NCBI GenBank assembly: GCA_036172245.1
Contig: JAYWIR010000018.1
Span: 2,046,001-2,110,000 of the forward strand
Origin: Raillietiella orientalis
Lineage: Eukaryota
Reading direction: 5' to 3'
Length of the DNA: 64,000 bases
The notes under the pieces are model-generated. The model ran no database searches. It worked only from the letters and a program-made list of their open reading frames with translations, and had not been told where the DNA came from. Below, in pieces: positions 55,434-64,000 of this stretch. Numbering within the stretch: the stretch's first letter is position 1; each line of letters begins with the position of its first letter. A program made the position numbers and the translations under genes.

Positions 55434-58400
55434 GTTTCCTTCCTGCGACAAGGAGCAGGCAGGACGTTAGTCTGGAAGCGAAGAGCAAATGCAGGCGAAC
55501 CCACCACCAACACCCACCCACCCTCTTTTAAATTTACGTATACACATACATATATTTTAAGAGGGTACATATATACACACATCCTCATCGACACCCCACC
55601 CTTCCTCCCTCCCGTCGTTCCCAAAGCCCAGGAGGCAAAAACCTCGGTCTTCTGTCTGCCTTGATATGAGCCACGTACGCATGCGCGTTCCCCTCACGCG
55701 CGTCACAGGAAAGCGACTTCTGTTAGCCCGCGCCCGGGAGGAGCGTGTGTGGTTGCGGCGCTGAGAGCGGAAGGGTTTCCAGGCCTTGCCACACGAACGC
55801 TCTGCTGCTGGCCTCCGGACACTAAAGCGAGCATCCTCGAATAGTTGGCGGTTGGGTTTCAGAAGGGAGGGGATGGGGGGGGGGGGAATTAGAGGAACGT
55901 TAGAGCATGCCTGTCGCCCGCGGTCCCTTCCCCGCTCATTCCCTCTTTCGTATTCGCGGGGAAGCTCCTCTCCGTGGAACCTGTGTCCTGCAGATTTGCT
56001 TCCGCCGCACCTGCGCTGTGCCCCCTGGTGAACTTGACCTGACCTCCCTCCTCCCCTTCCTTTCTCCCCGGAGATGGGTGGTGGTCCGTTAAGCGAAGGT
56101 TCGTACCCCGGATGGGCACTTCTTGCGCTTCCGGCTGTTTCACCTACCGCTAGTAAAACGGGAAAGCCTGGAGATAACCCGCATGCGTTCCGGACCGCCC
56201 GCCACCTGGCGCACCAGACGTTGAGCTCAAGACGGAAGACGGCGAGCCGCGGAGGCGCGTAGCAGGCGGCGGAGACGAGCGCCGGTCTCGTGTCCGTGCA
56301 GCAGATGTGGCCTGCCCGTCGCTGCTCTCCTCTGCGCATGCGGCGGGCCCGAGCACGCCACGGCTGGCAGCGCCTTTGCTTCAGTTTCTCCCTTCCAAGC
56401 GGGGAACAAGGATGCGGGAAAGCCTGCACGGCAAGCGAACTTTCCCTTGAAGGAGAAAGTGTGGGAAAAGCAGGTACTTCCCCGGATGGAGGTGCTCACG
56501 TCCCTTGAGATGAACGTCACCGTCTCGCCACGCACTCCCTCGCGTTCGCTACGCTAGGATATCCCGTCCCGGACTCCGATCCCGTCGCCGCGTCGGCATC
56601 CGAGTCCCCTCCCGGCATGCATGGTCGTTCCCTGGAACGCTGCGCGCCCCCATTCCCGTTCCACAGAGCTCAAAACGACCAGGGAACGAGTCCTGGAATC
56701 CCGATCCCCTGCTTGCCGAAGATGAGCGGGAGTATCAGGAGGGGTTCCACGGGAAGCATTCTCTGATAGGACCTTCGAAAGGCCGCGGCTAAGAAGTCGT
56801 GACCACTGGTCCCATTCCAACCACCCAATCGACTCCGTGGATTTTCGCAGGAGGGCTCTATGTGCCCGCCCGTTCATCTGTCGGAACACTTCGTCTTGCT
56901 CCCAGCTTCCGCAACTCTGAGAATTTCCGTTGACACGTCGCGCGCCCGCTTGCAGATGCTCGCCCGGAAGTTGGCAGTGGGGAGCCAACTGCCCATCCAC
57001 GCGATTCCTACAGCTCCCCGGACCCACCAACGGTCCGCAGCCGCCGGCAGGAGCGGAGAGACCTCCGGAACCCACGGAAGCACCGTCTGAACTCTGAGGC
57101 AATGGAGGAGGAGGGAGAGAGGGGGGAAGGCGGGCGGGGGTCTCTCGCGCCTGGTTGGTAGCAGCGACAACACTCTGCACCTTCCGGCGGTGCTTTCACG
57201 GCACTTCCCGGTGCGAAACTCGCCGCTGCCTCCTCCATCTGTTGCTTGGAGCCAGGCGAGGCCTCCTTTGAGAAGTCCCGGAGCTCAAGTCCCGGCAAGT
57301 GGCTCACATCTGACCGGGTGGATCGGTCCTCCGCCGCCGGGGGTGCAACACGGGGACGATTTTTTCAGCTCGTGCGCACAGGGTTAGGCGTGATCGCGAA
57401 GCGGCCAGGAAGACCCACCCTCCTCCCACACCGCCCTCGGTGTGCCACGCGCAAAGCTCCAGAGCACTGCTCGACCCTCCTTCCGCATCGACTCTTGAGC
57501 GCCCGGTGTCTGAGCGGTCCATGCCTTCCGCTCGTGGAGCACGCTGGATGGTAGCGCGACTCATGTCCCTCGGGATGAGCCGTGGTCAGGGCCGGAGGAG
57601 AGTTCCATTCTCAAAGGCAAACCTTCGAGCTTCTACCAGGAACTCCCGGTTCTCTCCTCTGACCGACGGTAGGCGACGAAAAAGTGAGGCTCGAGAATCC
57701 GAAGATCTCGCGCGGAGGTCAACGAAGGTCTCGGTTTTCAGCCTCGGCATGCACTTATCTTACAGCGGTCCACACGTGTCCTTTCAGCGCGCCTCCTCTA
57801 TCCCGTCCTTTCTTTCCCCTGCGAGGGTATGTCCATTCTGCCTTTGCTGCTGATTGCACTAGCGATCGGTTCTCATCCGGTTGCGCCGGGTCATGCGCCA
57901 GCAAGGCTGGGAGCTCTCGGCAGCACGCATCCTTGAGAAAGCAGGAGCGTGGACACGCACACGATAATGCTATCTGCAAGAGCTCCTTAGGCTGTGGCAC
58001 CCACGCACGGCCCTACGGAGGGAAGCGCGAAATGACCACGAGCAGCGACACTTCCAGATCGGTCACCTCGCTCAGGGATCCACGTGGTATCCGAGGGTGT
58101 GGGCGCTCCGTGCACGAGGGAGGAGGCTGGTGTAGTGCCTTCGAGAGAGTACGGGAGGCGGAACTCTCGGAGCTGGAGTGGGAAGTGGCGACCGCAGCGG
58201 GCCCCCTCCACCGTGGCGCCTGTGCGTCCTGACACTCGCTTACGCTGGCACGAACGAAAAAGGGAAGTCGCAGGCGCCGAGACGGAAGATGACGACGAAA
58301 TCACACGTCACTGGGATGGGCACCTCGCGCTGGTCGCTCACTCACTGCCCCGGCGTCCAGCACTGAGTTTGCGCTACGTCAGCGGTAAGAGCGAACACGG

Positions 58401-61400
58401 GAACACCTCCTACACTGCATGGCTTCACACCGGAAATCAGAGGCTCCCTTGAGAAAGGTAAAAAGCGAGGGATCGGATGAACACAAGCGCGTTCCAAAGG
58501 GAGGAATCCACCCCAGCATTGTTTTATGACGGAACGTTTTTCCTGTGTCTCGGAGAACTCGGAGCCAGGCGATTGGAGGAAAAGGAAGATGAGGGTGGGA
58601 AAGGGGAGAGGAAAAGGGTTCCCAGTTTCGCCTCACGGTCGGGGGAAACAAACGAAGGAATGGCCCCCGGGTCGTTGCGGGGTCTCTACGAGATTCGCCG
58701 GCTGCCTTTCGGTATCGCCCTCAAACAAAACATTCCGAGTCAAAGTGCTGGCGTGGGAGCGCGGCGGTTTATGGGGGGCCGAGAACCCGAAATGGATGTC
58801 TAATCACGATGCGGGGACTCACATGCATACAGATGAGAAATTTGGAGGAGCTGGCGTGGCGGAATCCGCGACCTTCCCTCGAGGGTGAACGCGCATCGCT
58901 CCGCGGTTGCCACGAAGTCGCATCGAAGGCCGGTGTTTGGCGACGATCGATGTCAGAAATCCCAAGCTCTCTGGCCGGGAAGCGGAAAGGGAAGGGATAG
59001 GAACTCTCGTTCTGGGCGCGGTCTCGGATCCGGTGATTCCGCGGAAAGGAAGCGTTTCCCAGAGGGCTGCAGCACCCTCCAGGGAGGAAAGGCCTCCTCC
59101 CCACCCACCCCACCTGCGACGGCAGCGGGCAAAGATCAGAAGAATCTCGGACGAGATTTTGAGCCGAAGAGGCATGCTTTGGGGGGGAGTGAAAGAGCAG
59201 CGTTCTCTGCAACCACCTTTCAGCGTCAATACCGATTCCTCTGGCTTTCTGTGCGTGGGCCTTGAGGACAGGAAAAGAAAGAAGAAACGGGGGAGGGGGG
59301 AGGGAATCGACATCAACGACGGCCGACGCAACCTTCCAGTAAACTGGAAGGTACAGGAATGGGAAATATTCCACGAACCTTGCGCGTCCCAGTCGGTCCT
59401 GGGCAAACAGCATCCGTGCGACAATCATGAGCCGTTTCGCTCGGTCTCCGCATGCGTGCGCGTGCAGATTGTTTGTAAATGATCGAATGTCACGCACACG
59501 AAGGACCGGTCCCCGCGCTCTCGAAGGACGACGACGTGAATCACTTCTGGAACGTGCAGCGCTGGCATCGCAGCAGATGGCATTCCCCTCGCCCATTCTT
59601 CAGGGATCCCCCCTCCCCCCTCCCATGACTCGGTCCGAAAATTCCCGGGACAAGCACAAAAATCGGCGAACACCACGCCTTTTTAAGGTTTGATGAGTGG
59701 GCTGGAGAGTGCAGAAAGGAGTACAGGGAAAACGAAGATTGCCTTCAGCTCTTCAGCGGGCAAAAGAGTTCCGAAGCGACACTTCCGAAGTGTCCCCATG
59801 TTACGCCGCGATGGGTTTCGAAACTACTCGTGAGACTGCCACGGGGTGAGGAGGAGGAGGGAAAAAAAAAGCTTTCAGACTTAGCTCGGAAACATTCTGA
59901 TGAAAGAAAAGCGCTCGGGCGAGCGCTCGTTCCTCGCTGCGGATCTCGCGGCAAATTGGTCGGCCCGAGTCGAGGCGGAATGCGTGCGGGCAAGACGAGT
60001 TCTCGCTTCGGAGGAGCGGCTCTCATTCGCCCGCTCGGGAAACCGAAAAAATCGCGTCGGGAAAAGGAAACAACAGCTCAAGAACGGGGCATGCAGGTAG
60101 GTACCCGCCTCTTTGCGACTGTCGTTTATCTATCATCCCTGACTGCGTGCTTCCACGGCAAAAAAGAGGATGGCTTCGAGGAGACGCGCAGAGCACCAGG
60201 AGAATTCCCGTCGCCCTCTAATTACGCAGTGCTTTCTCCCATGAAGCAAAAGCACAACCGGTAAATGAATGCAAGCCGCGATAAACTGAGACTGCACCAA
60301 CGTGCATTCTCCTGTGAGGGAGATCCGCAACGCGCTTCGCTTCAGGATACGAAAGGAAGACGCCACATTCCGGAAGAGCGACCTATGGAAGGCGAAAGCT
60401 GAAAGGACCCGGAGGGCACACCCCCAGCACCGCTGCCGTTGTTGACAAAGAGTTCCAGAGAATATTTTCATCTGGCCGCACTGCGGGCTACTCATAAAGA
60501 CTAACGGATGGCTTCTCGTAACCGTCAGGCGGCGATAAGGTGGGTCTGCGGTCTGTTTTTGCGCCTCCCAGCAGGCGCTCCCCGGCTTTCGGTTTCACTG
60601 GGGGAACGTCGGTTCGAGTATGGTTCCACAATTACAGCTGGCGCTAGGACGCATTCGGGACTGGGAAAAAGGAAGATGAAATTGTAGCCGAATATTTGGA
60701 TTTTCGTCCGTCGAAGTTCTTCGATGTTCTTCCCTTTTTAGCTTCGAGGCATTTATGAGGACCACTTCAAGGACCACTCCATGGACCTACACTGGCTACT
60801 GTGGGCTTCGGATTGGGTCTTTCCCCTTCGTGTGCTCTCTCATCTCTTCTGTCATCTCTGGTGTTCTTCCCGTTGCGTTGGAATGCCTCTCTCTTACTTC
60901 ATGGGACCTACGTGACTTTTCAAGACTGGATGCCATCATTGTTTTTTTTATTTTTATTTTTACTCAAGTGGAGAAGCCGCATGTTACCAGGTCCTTTGCA
61001 TGGAGTATCTTCAGCGAAGATGAACTGCTTGGCTGACTTGAGAATTGAGAATGCTCTTGATCTCGAGGACGCTCCCATGGTCAGCAGTACTCTGGCTGGA
61101 GCTTCAGTCGAGGTGACATTCGGTCAACTGGGACTAGCCAACACATACGACCACGTTGAACAGCCCTCCGCGTGATGGATGCAGACTGTTTGATCTCTTG
61201 TGGGAAATTTTCTCGTCTATCTCTTGAAACTTCTTTCATGAGTTACATGAGTTTGGTGCTTCAGATGAAACCGCAGTGCTTTTTCCGCAAAATTGTACCA
61301 GAGCATTGTACACGCCTGTCTCCGGTTGAAAGGAAAAGCTGCAGTGAAAGCAGACTTGCTTGTTGGAAGGATGAAAACTGATGAAAACCTCCCGATCGTT

Positions 61401-64000
61401 TATTGGAACACTCTTCAGTGCAATGAATCCCATCTCTCGTATCTATCGAATTCTTCTTCAACGGCATCAGGTAACAACCACCACGTCGCTGCAAGAGATT
61501 ATGGGAAGGAAGATGCAGGCTTGAAGGCACTTTTTGGATTCCGTTCGAATGGCGCCGGAAAGCCGTCCCATTTGGAAGCATCTGCTCAACCGAATCGAAA
61601 AATGAACGTCCACTTCCAAAACAAAGCCGCGTCTCCTGTACACCGCAAAATGCAATTCCAATGAGCTGGCACGCCACGTGTTGACACACACGCCATAAAT
61701 CAGGCCATCAAGCACTGTGCCGGGCTTTTTTCGACCTTCGGATGTGCACGCGCACGCACACATTACTTTGTGGATTCGACATTCACGCATTTTTTTTGTT
61801 TCCCTCCTCCATGCCTTTCCATCCCACGGCAGGGATGACTCTTCTGTTCCGTATCGTCCAAGAGTGATTACTCCACAGGCGACGAAATCTCTGCTTTCCC
61901 AGAGCTTCCCTTGCGATACCTTATATGCAAATACTCGCCGCGGTCCATCGATGACGAAGCAGTGAGGCATCCCATGAGACATCCTCCTCCGCTTTCTTGC
62001 CCGCTTGCATCCTTCCCTCTCACTCCGGACGTTTCACTGATGAGATCAAAGATCCGAAAAGACCGTCCACGCATTCTAGTCAAGCGTTTGTAACCAGCAC
62101 TTGCGGGACCATGCTTGTTCATCGAACGGGGTCACCTGCTGCTGGTCAAACTGCATGACTGAAATCACAAGCGCTACTCCAAGAATCCGCGACCATGCAA
62201 ACACCCCCCCGCCCCCAGCTAGGAGGATTCCTCGGATGGGACACGCACTGCGTCAGCGTCTGACCGAAACGGCTGGCTGCTTGAGCTCGCAGCGGTTGCC
62301 AACTGTCCGCGGGTCAGCTCCTCGATGGCTGCTTCGGTTTAGGTTTACCGGTTGCAAACAAACAAAAACGTGCAAGGACGACAGCGAAATCGGAACAGCT
62401 CGAAAGATCACATTCCAAAAAATTCCCGGTTCGGAAAATAGGGATGAAAGAATCGGATTCACTTAAACATGAGCTGAAGGGGGGAGGGGGGAGAAAGGAA
62501 GGAAGGAAGGAAAAGAAAATGGCAATGAGACGACGAAACCGGAGTTATTCCTTTGGAGCTGGATGTGTTTTGCCAGTTTTTTTTTTTTTTTTTTCCTTCC
62601 TTTTCCTGCCTCCTCTTTTTGTTTGTTTGCTCAATCGTGCAGCAAAAGAAAAAAAGCATAGAGTGAGACCATGCTCGTCTCACCACCAAAGCCATTTACG
62701 GAAGCACCACGAAGCAAATCATATTGGACGTGACGTTGATCAAAAGGAGGAGGAGGAAGAAAAGGAAAACAGTTGGAGATTCAGAGATTAGATAAAGCTT
62801 CGTAGACTGTCACCTGCAAAAAGATTTCGTAGACGCTGAGAGGACGGAATCGCTCCGGCTACAGCTTGGCGACAGAGTTTCACATGGCACACGTGAAAGA
62901 GGTAAATGGGAGGAGTTTTCAAATCGTGCGATCGGCTTTATGGTCGGGTAGTACCTCCCGTTCCGGGAATCGTTCCTGCTTCTACACTTGGGAACTTCAT
63001 ACTATGAAAACGTTAAATATTGAAGACCTCCTAAAACACAGTGAACGGAGGAAACGGCATGGAATCAGACGCGTTTTTGCGTGCCTGGTGAGATTTTCGC
63101 CTTTTTGCGTGCACCGTATGGAACCTCATGGCATTTATGATTTTTTCAGGATTCGCCGCTTCCTGTATTGATCTGCTATTACGGAAACCCCCTCGTCGCT
63201 GTTTTCTGGTGCAGGATGCGATTCTGTGGTCTGACTGGACACGCAGGCATCTTCCCGGGACGGCAGGCGAATGCGAGAAAAAACTCCGCGTGGGAGCGCA
63301 AGCGCGCCCGCGATTCCGCTTTCCGCGTTTGTTTTCTTCGATGCACGTGGATCTCGCAGACCACGTGGAGAACACATTCCCAGCCGAGCGTTCGTTTCGA
63401 AGCAGCTGCCACCAGCTTGACGACGAGACGAAATTGCACCTCCTCTTTGTGTGTGTGTGTGTTTTTTCCCTCCCCTCCTTTTCTCTTTTTTGTTTAACCT
63501 TATTCTTCTGGAAAAAAAACACGGCACAGCAACAAGCAGCGCACCGTTCATCCGTATTCACGTCATCCAGCAGCCACGCCCTCCTTCAGTCACACACACA
63601 CCTGTACGGTACTCACGGAAGCAGCATTCATGCGTATTCAGAACTTGAGCGATCTTGACATCTTACGGTGGATGTTCGAGTGAGGGCAACGCGCCTGCTG
63701 CCACTTTCGTTTTGGCACTCGTTGCGGAAGGGGTTGCTGTTCACCTATAGGATCACCAACCAAACGTAGTCACCCTACTCCTACACGCATCGAGTCCGCG
63801 TGAAAGCAGGCGCGTTTGGCGAGAAACATCTTCCTGACACGGTTTCCGCGCAGTCGCGTATACCCCCTACAGAGGAGGATTGATCCCTTCTGGTCCTGGA
63901 GAAGTGCCATGCTGATCATGCCATCATATGTACTTGGGACATAGGAAATCCCAGCTGATCTCCTTGCTTGGCACATTCCAGTTCCCTCTTCCCGCCAAGT

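Noticed and set aside
62027..62070. Hammerhead-like CTGATGA-gatc-aaa-gatc-CGAAA
   Set aside because: No stem I, and stem III cannot form with a valid cleavage triplet; looks like a simple hairpin.
55500..64000. Dozens of ORFs upstream of GALE
   Set aside because: No recognisable protein motifs or consistent exon chain. Faint LINE-like words near 60.8-61.3 kb were too weak to call.

Overview
Eukaryotic, intron-containing invertebrate DNA (probably arthropod; species not determinable). I assembled seven conserved genes exon by exon: RanBP9/10 (5' part, -), SNRPA1/U2A' (-), DUS3L (-), NUDT21/CFIm25 (-), DFFB/CAD nuclease (+), a calcyphosin-like EF-hand gene (-) and a divergent GALE-type UDP-sugar 4-epimerase (-). 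The window has two compositional domains. Bases ~1-32 kb are very AT-rich, with CpG-depleted housekeeping gene bodies, many 44-70 nt introns and scattered near-perfect palindromes. Bases ~33-64 kb are GC- and CpG-rich and hold decayed retroelements (R4/Dong-like, RTE-like, Penelope-like) and two inverted copies of a tRNA-derived SINE. The calcyphosin gene spans the boundary, which argues against a chimeric assembly. The most novel candidate is a speculative 4-exon, ~85-aa ORF in the DFFB leader that overlaps the nuclease start codon in another frame. Other points of interest are RFX X-boxes upstream of calcyphosin, non-canonical splice sites and an altered GALE active site. Most ORF-track entries beyond 33 kb look like GC-driven noise. 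All homology calls come from motif recall; no searches were run.
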